64,000 nt of DNA, taken from NCBI GenBank assembly GCA_951406725.2, contig OX597829.1, positions 40,052,001-40,116,000 of the forward strand. Direction: 5' to 3'. The translations under genes were made by a program, and so were the position numbers. A model generated the notes under the pieces. It did no database searches. It worked only from the letters and a program-made list of their open reading frames with translations, and was not told where the DNA came from. The stretch is from Octopus vulgaris. Its lineage: Eukaryota. Below, in pieces: positions 42,610 through 57,254 of the stretch (position 1 is its first letter; every line of letters starts with the position of its first letter).

Positions 42610-44060
42610 TTGTAATAGTTGTATTAGCAATGTTGTTGTTGTTGTTGGTGGTGGTGGTGCTACTGGTCGTAATAGTAGTAGTAGTAGTAGTTATGGTAGT
42701 GGTGGTGGTGGTGGTGGTAATGGTGGTGGTGGTGGAGATGGTGGTAATAGTGGTAGTGGTGGTGGTGGTCGTCGTGGTACTAGTAATGGTAGTGGTAGGG
42801 GTGTTGGTAATAGTAGTATTGGTGGTGGTTAAAGTAGTAGCAGTAGTGGTTGTGGTGGTGATGGTGGTGGTAGTTGTAGTAGCAGTAGTAGTAGGAGTAA
42901 TAGTAGTAGTAGTAACAGCAGCAGCAGCAGCAGTAGTAGTAGAAGTAGTAGTAGCAGTAGAAGTAGTAATAGTAGTAGTAGTAGTAGCAGTAGAAGTAGT
43001 AGTAGTAGAAGTTGCAGTAGTAGTAGTAGCAGCAGCAGCAGCAGTAGTAAAAGTAGTAGTAGTAGTAGTAGTAGTAGTAGAAATAGTAGTAGCAGTAGAA
43101 GTAGAAGTAATAGTAGTAGTAGTAGTAGTAGTAGTAGCAGCAGCAGTAGCAGTAGTAGTAGCAGAAGTAGTAGTAGTTGTTGTTGCTGTAGTAGTCGTAG
43201 TAGCGGTAGTAGTAGGTCTTTTTTTGTTCTTGTTATGATGCTTAGGTTGTGGTGGTGGTGGTGGTGATTCCTGTTGCTATGAAGTTCATGGGTGGTGGTC
43301 ATCACGGTGGTTATTCTGAGTGTTACTGTTGCCATAGTTACAGTAACTTACATTGCTGATAACTACAGTTATTGTTGTCATCAGTGTTGTTGTAGCGATG
43401 GTGGTGGTGGTGGTGATAGTTTTAGTGGTAGTGGCTTCAGGGATGCTTGTTGTGCTTTGTCATTGTTGTTATTGTTGCTGTTGTTGTTGTTGTTGTGGTG
43501 GTGGTGGTAGTGGTTGTGGTGGTGATGGTGGTGGTGGTGGTGGTGGCTGTAGTGGTGGTAGTGGTGATGGTGGTGGTGGTGGTGGTGGTGGTAGTGGTGG
43601 TGGTGGTGGTGGTGGTTTTGGCCGTGGTGGTGGTGGTGGCCGTGGTGGTGATGGTGGTGGTGGTAGTTGTCGTAATGGTGGTGGTGGTTGTAGTGGTGGT
43701 AGTGGTAGTGGTGGTGGTGGTGGTGGTTATGATGATGGGAAAGGTGGTGGTGGTGGTAGTGGTGATGGTGGTGGTAGTGGTGATGGTGGTGGTGGTAGTT
43801 GTCGTAATGGTGGTGGTGATGATGATGGGAAAGGTGGTGGTACTGGTAGTGGTGGTGGTGGTTGTGATTGTAGTTGTGATTGTGGTGGTGGTGGTGGTGG
43901 TGGTGGTTATTATTTTACTGCTTATGCTTGTGGTTGCGGTGGTAATTTTGAAAGCAATTGTTCTTGTTGTTGCTACAGCTGTATCATTTCTTGTTGTTGT
44001 TGTTGCTGAAGTGTTTTGTTCGTTTTGTAGTTGTTGTTGCTGTTGCTGCTGTCGTTGTTT
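42610..44060. repeat. Long (GTA)n/(GGT)n/(GTT)n trinucleotide mosaic
   Basis: Direct reading. Confidence 0.95.
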
Positions 44061-44165
44061 ATTCCTAACAGGAACAGAACGTTGACTGAGCCACTCCCAA
44101 GTCTTATTGCTGCACCTAAAAAGCAAACACACGCACGCATGCACGCACACATGTTTATACACACA

Positions 44166-44292
<127 letters not shown>

Positions 44293-44312
44293 ATATATAT
44301 ATATATACACAA

Positions 44313-44345
<33 letters not shown>

Positions 44346-44405
44346 TATATATACATACATATATACATATACATATACATATACATATATATACATACAT
44401 ATATA

Positions 44406-44513
<108 letters not shown>

Positions 44514-44632
44514 ACTTTACAGAAGTTCCTGCCGGTAATCGGCTATATTTACATACCGAATTCTACCAGTAAATAATTGGGGTTTTTTTAAAAGCCTTTA
44601 TAGAAATTATTTACTCTTATCACTATATACAT

Positions 44633-44705
<73 letters not shown>

Positions 44706-44719
44706 CATACATATCATAT

Positions 44720-44815
<96 letters not shown>

Positions 44816-44857
44816 CATATATACATATACATATACATATATATACATACATCTATA

Positions 44858-44927
<70 letters not shown>

Positions 44928-44940
44928 TATATGCATATAT

Positions 44941-46149
44941 ACTCTTTTACTCTTTTACTTGTTTCAGTCATTTGACTGCGGCCATGCTGGAGCACCGCCT
45001 TTAATCGAACAACTCGACCCCGGGACTTATTCTTTTGTAAGCCCAGTACTTATTCTATCGGTCTGTTTTGTCGAACCGCTAAGTAACGGGGACATAAACA
45101 CACCAGCATTGGTTGTCAAGCGATGCCAGGGGGACAAACACAGACACACAAACACACACACGTATATATATATATACACACTTCTTTCAGTTTCCGTCTA
45201 CCAAATCCACTCACAAGGCTTTAGTCGGCCCGAGGCTATAGTAGAAGACACTTACCCAAGGTGCCACGCAGTGGGATTGAACCCGGAACCATGTGGTTGG
45301 TAAACAAGCTACTTTTATATATATATATATATATACATATATATATGCATATATATATGTAAACATATGTAGTGACGCCATATTCCAGTGTGCGCACACG
45401 CAACGTCTTTCTTCAGTGTGCGTGTGCGGAACGTCTTTCTTCAGTGTGCGTGTGCGGTGTTGGAACCTTCTGGAACCTTCTGGAAAGGCATAAGGAAGTT
45501 TCCCCATGCACATGCGCTAGAGACTGAAGAATAAATTCTATAGCGTTCCTTAATAGCGTTTGGGGACTTGAGGCACGGCGATCGAAGAGAAAGGACGTAT
45601 CTTCATACGTGTGATAACACCTATTCTCCTGTCCCAGACGCTTGGGATTTTAACCTATCTATTGCTGCTGAATTGTTGTAAGAATGGATACCAGTATACC
45701 ATCGTGTTTCATTGTTGAATAAGAGAATAAAGAATTACTCTTTACTCTTTTACTTGTTTCAGTCATTTGACTGCGGCCATGCTGGAGCACCGCCTTTAGT
45801 CGAGCAAATCGACCCCGAGACTTATTTTTTGTAAGCCCAGTACTTATTATATCGGTCTCTTTTGCCGAACCGCTCAGTGACGGAGACGTAAACACACACC
45901 AGCATCGGTTGTCAAGCAATGCTAGGGGACAAACACAGACACACAAACACACACACACACATACATTTATATATATATATATAAACGACAGGCTTCTTTC
46001 AGTTTCCGTCTACCAAATCCACTCACCAGGCATTGGTCGGCCCGGGGCTATAGCAGAAGACACTTGCCCAAGATGCCACGCAGTGGGATTGAAACCAGAA
46101 CCATGTGGTTGGTTAGCAAGCTACTTACCACACAGCCACTCCTGCGCCT
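44941..46149 (-). mobile_element. Two SINE family A copies (44941-45312, 45736-46149)
   Basis: Match to 275-686. Confidence 0.9.
45368..45619 (+). mobile_element. Probable solo LTR
   Basis: Starts TGTAGTGACGC like the 17518-17983 LTR; AATAAA; ends TAACA; flanks CATA/CCTA. Confidence 0.5.
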
Positions 46150-46359
46150 ATATATTACATATTTCTAAACTTGCTTTTCGTTCCTGACTGGTAGTTTCTA
46201 GAAACAAAAAAGAAAGGAAATTGTGTTGCACCCAAGTTGCACCCCAAAAGTGTAAAGAAGCAACCAGTTCCCATTACACATATATACATATATATTTACA
46301 TAGATATGCATATTACGCATATGAATAAAAGCACATATACACATACACACACAGACTCA

Positions 46360-46371
46360 CACATACATACA

Positions 46372-46404
<33 letters not shown>

Positions 46405-47010
46405 TACATACATACATACATACATTACATACATGCATGCATGCATACATACATACATACATACATACATACATACATACATACATACATACATACATAC
46501 ATACATACATACATACATACATACATACATACATACATACATACATACATACACACACACATACACACATACATACATACATACATACATACATTACATA
46601 CATACATACATACATATATTACATACATACATACACACATACACACACACATACACACATACATACATACATACATACATACATACATACATACATACAT
46701 ACATACACACACACATACATACATACATACATACATACATACATACATACATACATACATACATACATACATACATACATACATACATACACACACACAT
46801 ACACACATACACACACACATACATACATACATACATACATACATACATACATACATACATACATACATACATTACATACATACATACATACATACACGTA
46901 CATACATACATACATACATACATACATACATACATACATACATACATACATACATACATACATACATACATACATACATACATACATACATACATACATG
47001 CATACATACA
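46360..47010. repeat. (TACA)n microsatellite
   Basis: Direct reading. Confidence 0.95.
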
Positions 47011-47423
47011 CTTAAACCTAGACATATGCACGTACATACTATACCATTCCACATTCTACTTCCTACTACTCATCCAACCTCATCTTAAGTTAGATATTCA
47101 ACATGCCTTTACACACCTTTCACTCCCCAAGACTCTGCTGTATATTTTTGCCTTTGCCATTATACACTCATTCGATTAATGTGTGTGTGTGTGTGTGTCT
47201 ATATGCCTGTGAGTGCATTTACATAAATTTGTGCGTGAATGTGTGTATGTGTGTATGTATTGTGTGAATGTATAATATATATGGATACACGTACCATATT
47301 TACCTACACATATATATCCATAAATATAACGATATATATATATGTATACATTATGCACATGCATACATATACCTACATTTACATATATGTTTATACCTAT
47401 ATCTATATATATACATATATATG

Positions 47424-50400
47424 TGTCAGGTCTCCGCTTGGAGCTACTGGTAACATGTAACCCAGTACAACCTGTTACATGGTCGGGTCGTTGGCGACTA
47501 AACTGGCAACCTCACCAAGATTTCTTGGTGAGGGTGATTTGGACACCCAGCAGGACTAAAAACAAAACCTGTCAAAGGGCAGAGGAACTCTCTCATGAGT
47601 CAATGGCCATCCAAAATCCGGAGTGGAGCCCCTAAGGCGGTTAGATTGCGCCATGCGTGCCACCTTCCGGCAGCTCCTGCATCCTGGTCTACCCCCAGCC
47701 GTCTTGACTTTGTCTTGCCACTGGATACGGCGCACCAGGACGAGAGAGTGAGGCTGATCCTGCGCAAGTCACCCTCACTATAATCCAAGTCACGCGCATG
47801 TCATGACATCATGACACCATCACAAAGTCCTGTGGCGATGGAGAAACGGCGAAGTAGCAGGTGAGGATACACTGGGAGCTGCAGTCGTGAACCCACACAC
47901 AGGCGGCTCAAGACATGTGGTCGCCCCTCACTGAACTGAGGCAGCAGTGGAGTCCGGCAGCCTCCTGAGTGACCGAGCAGCCCTCTTCAGGATCGCTCTG
48001 CTCGCCTCCCCAGCATGAGGACGGGGCTAGAAAAGGTTGCCCTAAACATAGCCTGCCTCACCTCACCCTGGTCAGCAAACCGCGGCTGGCGGGGATCCTT
48101 TCCAAGCGGTCGAAACAAAGAAAGAAAACAAACAAAGGTGCTCACTTTCGCAACTTGGAACGTGAGAACTCTGCTTGACAACACCAAAGCGGACAGACCA
48201 GAGAGACGAACTGCCCTGGTGGCCAGAGAACTGAGCCGATACAATGTCGATATCGCAGCACTGAGCGAGACTCGCCTTGCGGACAAAGGCCAGCTGACAG
48301 AGACAGGCGGCGGCTACACTTTCTTTTGGAGTGGTCGCAGCAGCGAAGAGCGTCGTGAGGCTGGTTTGGTTTTGCCATCAAGTCAGTACACGTGCGGAAA
48401 CTGGAAAGCTCCCCCGAGGTTATCAACGATCGGCTGATGAAGATGCAGCTCCCACTTGGAAACAAGACTAGTGCGACCAACATCAGCGCTTACGCCCCCA
48501 CCATGACCAACCCTGAAGAAGTTAAGGACAGGTTCTATGAGGAACTCGACTCCCTCATCACGTCAGCCCAGCCTGGGAAGCTCATCCTCCTTGGGGATTT
48601 TAACGCCCGTGTCGGGACTGACCACCAAGCCTGGCATCGCGTACTGGGAAAGCAAGGAATCGGAAAGTGCAACAACAACGGGCAGCTCCTCCTGCGTGCG
48701 TCTGCCTCTCATGATCTTACCATCGCCAACACCTTGTTCCGTCTGCCAACACGCAACAAGACATCATGGATGCATCCACGCTCCAAACACTGGCATCTGA
48801 TAGATTACGTCATCGTCAGGGCGAAAGACAGGCGGGACATGAGACTGGTCAAAGCCATGTGCGGAGCTGATTGCTGGACGGACCATCGCCTCATCATCTC
48901 CAGGATGGATTTCTACATCCGACCTAAGAGAAGACCACAGGGTCAGAAAGTGACGAGGAAGCTTAACATCACGAAATTAAAGAACCAGCTGACTGCACAA
49001 GATCTCCAGTCACGTATGGACAGCAAGCTGTTGGACATTCGGAATGACCAGTCCAGCATCGATGAGCAGTGGGAATCATTCAGGGACACGGTTCATTCCA
49101 TCGCCCTTGAAACTCTAGGCCAAGTTACGAGGAACCACCAGGACTGGTTCGACGAAAACGACCAGGAAATCCAAAAGCTCCTGGAAGAGAAACGCCGTCT
49201 GCTGCGGGCTCACCAAAATGACACCACCTGCACGGCAAAGAAGGCTGCTTTCAACAACATTCGCAGCACAGTCCAGGCAAAACTCCGCCTCATGCAAGAC
49301 GCATGGTTAAGCGCCAAGGCGGATGAGATTCAGGGATACGCAGACAAACACGACACCAAGAAATTCTACGAGGCGCTGAAAGCTATCTATGGACCACAGT
49401 TCTCCTTTGGATCAACCCCCCTGCTCAGCTCGGATGGAACCTCACTCCTGACTAACAAGAAACTGATCCTGGAGAGACGGGCGGAGCATTTCAACATCGT
49501 GCTCAACCGACCAGCCCAGATCAACGAGGAAGCCATCGCACGACTCCCCCAGGTGCCGACAAACCACGAGCTGGCTGTTCCCCCTGCAGTCGAGGAAGTG
49601 AGCAGAGCCATCAAAAAAATGTCCACCGGCAAAGCTCCAGGCTCTGACGCCATCCCTGCAGAGGTGTTCAAGTCGGGCGGCCCCACCAAGCCTGTTCCAG
49701 TCGATGTGGGACAGAAAACAACTCCCTCAAGATTTCCGGGACGCAACAATCGTCCACATTTATAAACGGAAAGGAGATCGGCAGTCCTGCGACAACCACC
49801 GAGGAATCTCCCTCTTGTCCATAGCAGGCAAGATCCTGGCCCGAGTCCTGCTTGACCGCCTTCTGGAACACTTGGAGCAAGGCCTTCTCCCTGAGAGCCA
49901 GTGTGGCTTCCGTGCGGGTCGAGGGACCACTGACATGATATTCGCCGCCCGCCAGCTCCAGGAGAAATGCATGGAGCAGCACCTTGACCTCTGCATGACT
50001 TTTGTTGACCTCACCAAGGCTTTCGATACAGTCAGTCGGGAGGGACTATGGAAGGTCATGGGAAAATTTGGTTGCCCCAGCAAATTTATTGCAATTGTCC
50101 GCCAGTTCCACGACGGAATGACAGCCAGAGTCCTTGAAGACGGCAACTCATCTGAAGCCTTCCAGGTGACCAACGGAGTCAGGCAGGGCTGTGTCCTGGC
50201 CCCAACACTGTTCAGCATCATGTTCTCGTCAATGCTGTCCGACGCCTTCAGGGACTGCAAGTCCGGTATCGACATCAAGTACAGGACAGACGGGAAACTT
50301 TTCAACTCCAGAAGATTGCAGGCCGTCACAAAGGTAAGGGAGACAGTCGTCAGAGACTTTCTCTTTGCTGACGACTGCGCCCTTAATGCAATCGATGAGC

Positions 50401-50624
50401 AGGAGATGCAGCTCGGGATGGACAGGTTCTCATCAGCCTATGACAACTTCGGTCTCACCATCAGTGCCAAGAAAACCGAAGTGATGTTTCAGCCAGCCCC
50501 CGGCAAACAATACCATGAACCTCAGATAAAGGTGAACGGACGGATCCTACGAGCGGTGGAAAACTTCACCTACCTGGGCAGCATTCTCTCCTGCAATGCC
50601 AACATAGATGCTGAAATCATCAAC
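47424..50624 (+). mobile_element. Young RTE-clade LINE with 5' UTR, 3' end lost
   Basis: About 600-bp GC-rich leader, then a single APE-RT frame; abrupt junction to SINE A. Confidence 0.95.
48015..50624 (+). pseudogene. RTE endonuclease-reverse transcriptase, two frameshifts (~48370, ~49690)
   Basis: TWNVRTL, IAALSETR, GDFNA, IDY, TDH; KAPGSD, QCGFR, FVDLTKAFD, GVRQGCVLAP, LFADD, FTYLG. Confidence 0.95.
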
Positions 50625-50870
50625 ATCGGTTGTCAAGCAATGCTAGGGGGGACAAACACAGACACACAAACATACACGCACACAGACATATATATATACA
50701 TATATACGACAGGCTTCTTTCAGTTTCCGTCTACCAAATCCACTCACAAGGCATTGGTCGGCCCGGGGCTATAGCAGAAGACACTTGCCCAAGATGCCAC
50801 GCAGTGGGACTGAAACCGGAACCATGCGGTTGGTTAGCAAGCTACTTACCACACAGCCACTCCTGCGCCT
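50624..50870 (-). mobile_element. SINE family A, 5' half
   Basis: Match to 275-520. Confidence 0.9.
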
Positions 50871-50965
50871 ATACAGCCACTGTAAATATATGTATATTTA
50901 CATATACATATATGTTTATAAGCACACATGTATGTACATATCTAGCTCTCTAGCTCTCCCTATCT

Positions 50966-51006
<41 letters not shown>

Positions 51007-51248
51007 CGCACATATATATATAGGTTATGAGAGGTAATGGTGTCAGTGAGACCCAAAGGTGTCAGGTAATGTTGAATAAGTGCTATGGATAGGCCATAGT
51101 TAAATTCCCGGTTCGGTGATTATGCGAATAAGGGGTCCAACGTAAGTCATATATCAGCGTGTGTATATAAACATTTTTTATAAATGTTCTAAAATCTGCA
51201 CAGCCTTGTTTTTTTTTTTTTTATCTCATTACAAAAAATTACATATAT

Positions 51249-51298
<50 letters not shown>

Positions 51299-51299
51299 A

Positions 51300-51510
51300 C
51301 ATGTGACCGCGTGTGTACCGTTGGCGCATTTTTTCCCTCTGTCTTCACATCTCTGGATCTTTCCTTCTCCTATGTTTCCGACGAAGAGCTCCGCTCGAAA
51401 CGTCGAACCCTCCTTCTTTCCTTCTTTCCTGAGCGTCCAATAATACTATATTTGTTCCACGTCCTCGCGTTGTTGTGTTTTTTTTGTGCTTTCTTGTTTG
51501 GATTAACTTT
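51300..51510 (+). mobile_element. Short pLTR-like element with minimal hammerhead (51374-51408), between (TA)n tracts
   Basis: GTTT CCGACGA A GAGC TCC GCTC GAAA CG TC GAAC. Confidence 0.7.
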
Positions 51511-51517
51511 ATATATA

Positions 51518-51607
<90 letters not shown>

Positions 51608-51845
51608 GGAACAGAAACGCAATAGAGGGCATTAAAACGTTTGGATAGATAGAACGTAACGGCAGACGAAACACTGCTAAGCATTCCGCCCAGCGCACAA
51701 ACGCTGATCCACGCACCAACAAAAGATAAAATGTTTTGCTCAAGAACACAATGCAACACCCAATCTGGGGAAAAAAACCCACGATCGCGCAAGTGTGTGT
51801 GCAACACCCTAACCACTAAGCCATGTGCCTTCATACATATATATT

Positions 51846-52457
51846 CATCATCATCATTGACTAATGTCCGTTTTCCATGCTAGCATGGGTTGGACGGTTC
51901 GACCGGGTTCTGGGAAGCCAGGAGGCTGCACCAGGCTCCAGTCTGATCTGGCAGTGTTTCTACAGCTGGGTGCCCTTCCTAATGCCAACCATTCCGTGAG
52001 TGTAGTGGGTGCTTTTTACGTGCCACCGGCACAGGGGCCAGAGAAGGTTGGCAAACGGCCACGATCAGATTGGTGCTTTTTACGTGTCACCGACACGGAC
52101 GCCAGTCAAGGCAGCGTTGGCATCGGCCACGTTCGGATGGTGCTTTTTACGTTCCACTGGCACGGGCATCACAACTACAATTCCATTAGATTTATATTTT
52201 GATGTTTATTTTGATGTACTTGACATAATAGGTCTCCTCAAGCACAGCAGATCGCTCTACAATCCAAGGTAAGCACAGCAGGCCATCCTGCGAGCCATGA
52301 ACTCACTTCATTTGTCGGGTCTTCGCAGTCACATCATATCTCAGAGGTCTCGGTCTTTCGTCATAGCCTCTGTAACGCCCAACGTTCAAAGGTCATGCTT
52401 GACCACCTCAATCCCATGTCTTCCGGGTCTACCTCTACCCTGGATTCCTTCAACAGT
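51846..52457 (-). mobile_element. 5'-truncated LINE: last codons plus 3' tail
   Basis: [11 protein letters not shown]...VVKHDL parallels the C-terminus near 39150-39215; same tail as 3780-4258. Confidence 0.85.
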
Positions 52458-52486
52458 TATATGTGTGTGTGTGTGTGTGTGTATGC

Positions 52487-52541
<55 letters not shown>

Positions 52542-52645
52542 AATATATATATACATACACATATTTATATACATATATATATATATATTTATATACTTAT
52601 ATATACATATATAAGTATATATATATAAACATATATACCTATATA

Positions 52646-52690
<45 letters not shown>

Positions 52691-52802
52691 TTATATATAC
52701 ATATATATATAAATACATATACAAATATATATACATATATATATACATACACATATACATACATATATTTATACACACAAATATATACATATATATATAC
52801 AC

Positions 52803-52866
<64 letters not shown>

Positions 52867-53012
52867 GCATATATACATATATATACACACACACATATAT
52901 ATTTATATATATATATATATAAATATACACACGCATATATATACATATATATATACACTCATATATATACATATATACATACAGATATATATACACATAT
53001 ATATATACACAC

Positions 53013-53053
<41 letters not shown>

Positions 53054-53236
53054 AGTTCAAATAAACGTTACAACATTCATTAAGGGATAATAAAATCCAA
53101 TGAAAATACTGGTTTATTACCTATTACAAGAATTATTGAATGTTACTTTTAATATTCAACTCTAAGGAAATTGGATAAACCGGTGTTTATATATATTTTT
53201 AAGAAAATAAGAAAATAGAGATAAGTGGACATCATT

Positions 53237-53297
53237 GCTGACAGCTGTTTCGATTCAAAACTTTAGAAATTAGTATAAAGTTGAATCTCGTCAGAGA
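53237..53297 (-). ncRNA. Candidate hammerhead ribozyme, canonical core
   Basis: CTGACGA GATTCAACTTTA...TAAAGTTTTGAATC GAAA CAGCTG TC; short stem I; decayed second copy near 53375-53450. Confidence 0.7.
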
Positions 53298-53559
53298 TAG
53301 GAAAAACATACCATTACATTTTCAGCAGATACGTTCCCTATACTCAACACATGAAAATGTAATGGCACATCACTGGTAGCTGTTTCACTTCAAGGCTTTA
53401 GAAGTTGATTAGTGTAATTAAAAACATTGTGAAGTAGTGTCTTGTTGGAGGTAGGGGGAGGGCGGGATCTGTCATTCTTCCATGTCCCGAACAGATTCAT
53501 TTGGCTAAAATCAAAGTATATATACCATTATTTTACTTTTCCGCGTCATTTTAAAAAAT

Positions 53560-55260
53560 TTTATTTATGGTGAAATTTTGCCCAAGAATTGAACTCGTTC
53601 CCCTGACACACCTTGAGCTATCCTAGTAGTTCTTTTTTCTTTTTGTATATCGGCCTTCCTATCTAAATCCATGTTGCCGTATTAATTCCTGAGCGGTATC
53701 TAATTGCATTTTAGTTTGGAAACCATTTATTTCTACCGACACAAATTTTTGGTTTTGTATGGTATAATTTATTTTTATTGAATAGACTTTCTTTGGTTTT
53801 ACGTTTTTCATCAGCCAGCATTTCAACTGTTCAAGCCCAGTTTTACCACACTTAAAACATTTTTATGTTTAAAGGGGCAATCTTTCGTATAATGCAGGTC
53901 TCCGTAACCATAGCACGGTTTTGGATTTATATGTTTTTTCTTTCTGTACTTTCTTAACGCGTTTGTATATTATTATTATTGTCTTCTATTTTTCTTGTAT
54001 CTTCTCCAAGGTTTCTTATTTGTTGCCATTCCTCAGCCACTTTCTGCAAGGTTAGTTCGACATCTTGATTCAACTTTAGTAATATTCTTTTTCTAATTTC
54101 CACGTCTTCTGTTGTCACCAGCCCTTTAACGAATATTAGACACTTGAACATATCTGGCGTTAATTCTTCTAGCTTAAACCTTTTACCAGTTTTATTAACA
54201 ATACCGGTGCATGTTACAAAGTCGTCGACTCGTTCTTCTTTAAATTTAAACATTAACACCGAATGTTAAACAGCAAACTTTTTTCATTAAAAATATTAGT
54301 AAAACTATTTACCGTTTCATCAAAACACAATTCCGCGGGCTTTCTCGGCAAAATAATGTTACAAAAACTTTTGTGTTTCGCAGGGGCAAGTTTTCGCAAA
54401 AGGAGCCTTAACCTCCTTTCATTAGACCATCTCTTGCATTCCTCTATGAATATGTCTTCGTATCGTCTGTAACACGCGGTAAGGGTAGTTCCTTCATCCG
54501 GTTAGTACTGAAATTCTTCGATAGGGTTTGCAATACCTATTTCTTTATTACCCACAAGGGGCTAAACATAGAGGGGACAAACAAGGACAGACATAGGTAT
54601 TGAGTCGATTATATCGACTCCAGTGTGCAACTGGTACTTAATTTATCGACCCCGAAAGGATGAAAGGCAAAGTCGACCTCGGCGGAATTTGAACTCAGAA
54701 TGTAGCGGCAGACGAAATACTGCTGAGCATTTTGCCCGACATGCTAACGTTTCTCCCAGCTCGCCGCCTAGGGTTTGCAATACCTATTTCTTTACTACCC
54801 ACAAGGGGTTAAACATAGAGGGGACAAACAAGGACAGACAAAGGAATTAAGTCGATTACATCGACTCCAGTGGGAAACTGGTACTTCGTTTATCGACCCC
54901 GAAAGGATGAAAGGCAAAGTCGACCTCGGTGGAGGAATTTGAACTCAGAACGTAACGACAGACGAAATACGGCTACGCTTTTCGCCCGGTGTGCTAACGT
55001 TTCTGCCAGCTCGCTGAAAATGATTTTGTCGTTTTTCTCGACTGCAGTAACAACTCTGTTAACTTTTGTAGTTGCTGCTCTTATTGTTTTACGGCTGCTT
55101 TCAGTAACTCTTCCATTTAGGTACTATTCGAAACCTCGTCGCCACTGTTGTATCGCACTTTCGACGTACGATATAATACGATAATAATAATAATCTCCTT
55201 GCAAATTGTTCTACTCGAGACACTGGTAATAACCCTCGACAATACGCAACTCTCTCTATA
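53560..55260 (-). mobile_element. 5' part of a second Mag-like Gypsy element (LTR end, PBS, gag, protease), interrupted by two SINEs
   Basis: Minus: TACAACA G TGGCGACGAGG (PBS complementary to the tRNA-Ser(GCU) 3' end), then ATGGAAGAG; FKCLIFVKG homologous to the gag at 24530. Confidence 0.85.
54537..55016 (-). mobile_element. Two tandem SINE family B copies, the first with a 16-bp TSD
   Basis: TAGGGTTTGCAATACC at ~54522 and ~54769. Confidence 0.9.
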
Positions 55261-55312
55261 TATATGAGGAATATACAGAAAACACTAAATGTATATATTA
55301 ATAGACAAGGAA

Positions 55313-56342
55313 ATTCTGTTGTGTCTGGGGAGAGTAATTTTCTTTTTGTGCCTTATAATGTAACACACTCACCGGTATGCTTACGTATGTATGTAAGCAT
55401 ATAAATCAACAGATCAACATACAGACGGATAGGTACATAGGCTATAAGAACAGACACGGATCCACACATATAAAGATGCACATCCATACATACAAACATG
55501 GTACATAGTTGCATAACACACAGACATGCACACACAAGGAGACAGCGGTGCATACATATACAAACACATGCTCATGCACACACATACATAGAACATACAC
55601 AAACACGGACATGCAAGCACATAAATATGCAGGATACGTACATACAGATGCACACACATACATACATATGCATACACACACATCTATACATACATATGTA
55701 AATACACACATACATACGTAAATGCATGCATGTATAGGCACACACACACACACACACACTGACCCACACACATGCGCACAAACAAACAAAAGGGAACGCA
55801 TTGTAAATAACGGACAGAGTCAAAACTATTGAAAAACGGTTGCAAGACGAAACGAAAATTTTAGGAAAATAAAAATAAGAAAAAAGAAAGTGGAAATGTT
55901 ACCGGTGAGTGTGTTACATAATAAGGCACAAAAAGAAAATGACTCTCCCCAGACACAACAGAATATGCTTCAACTCACGAACTCACATAAAGAATCTTGT
56001 GGATCTTTTCATTTTCGTCGCCTGTTTTTTCAAATTTTTCCTACTGAACCAAACAATTTGAAACTTCGTATACTGGTAGAATGTGTCAAAAGTAAACTTA
56101 ATTGTAAACCAGAATGAAAACGGAATTGTAACTTCTAAGTTTAACATTGTTTAATAATTAGAATTTTAACCAATAGTATTCGATCTTTCGGCTTGATATT
56201 ATTTACTCCGTCTCAATAGACGTGACCACCAATTTGGTGACGTACTAAACATACATGTTAAATGTAAACAAAATGTGGGAGTAGTTTGGAATCTAAATCG
56301 TAGGAGACAGCCAGCACACAACCTCTCTTTTATATATAAAGA
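55313..56342 (-). mobile_element. Helitron-related element with a 65-bp inverted repeat (55313-55377 / 55900-55964)
   Basis: Helitron-family 5' end at 56270-56342; arms ATTCTGTTGTGTCTGGGGAGAG / CTCTCCCCAGACACAACAGAAT. Confidence 0.6.
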
Positions 56343-56696
56343 TATTAGTTATTAGATATATTTGCAATCTTGCAAACCAAATCCCAAAACGAAATAGACA
56401 AGGAAAAATATGCAAAATTAAAGGAATGTTTCGGGACAAACACAGATCCATTAGGAATGGAGGTGGTATATGATGACCTACCTCCAGTCGTGGGCTGTGA
56501 CGATTTGAAACCATATATAAACTGGTAAAACATGTAAGTTTTTAATATTATAAAACAGAAAAATAGCAGAAAGACTATGTGTACCAAGATATGTGTACCA
56601 TGTGTACCAAGATATAAAAACTTTGATAAAGAACAGTTAAATGGTATTGCTTGAGAGTGGGGTTCGAGTAGCCATCTCACCTTCACTTATCTATAA

Positions 56697-56970
56697 CTAG
56701 CAGTATCGCCCGGCGTTGCTCGGGTTTGTAAGGGAAATAACTATATAAGCATTTTTAGAGAGTTATAGGCAAAAAAATGGAAAAAAAATTATGGTAATTT
56801 TTTTTAAAAATCGTAGACTCATCGTAGACGCGCGCTAATACCCAGAAGGGCTCGATATGAATCACGACTATAAGATACCCGAATTTGGTTAAACTGCACC
56901 GCAAAATGTGGGAGTAGTTAGAAATCTAAATCGTAGGAGACAGACACACAACTTCACTTTTATATATAAT
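56697..56970 (-). mobile_element. Non-autonomous Helitron
   Basis: Near-identical to 9678-9978. Confidence 0.8.
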
Positions 56971-57254
56971 TCATCCATTCCATGTTTTTCTCCCCAGTTG
57001 TATTGTTCTGTCTGTGTTCGGGCCTGTGTGCTCAATAAAGAAAGAAAGTATATATGTGTATATTTATTTATTTATTCATTCATTCATTCATTCATTCATT
57101 CATTCATTCATTCATTTATTTATTTATTTATTTATTTATTTAGCAGAAGTAAAAAATATTAAAATATACATATACTCATAATTTGTGTTCTATTTTCCTC
57201 TTTGTATCAACAAACCTGAATGTATGTGTGTGAATATATATATATAATAATTAT

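Noticed and set aside
49704-50774. 356-aa ORF as an RT with a novel C-terminus
   Set aside because: The tail is read-through into an antisense SINE after a deletion junction.
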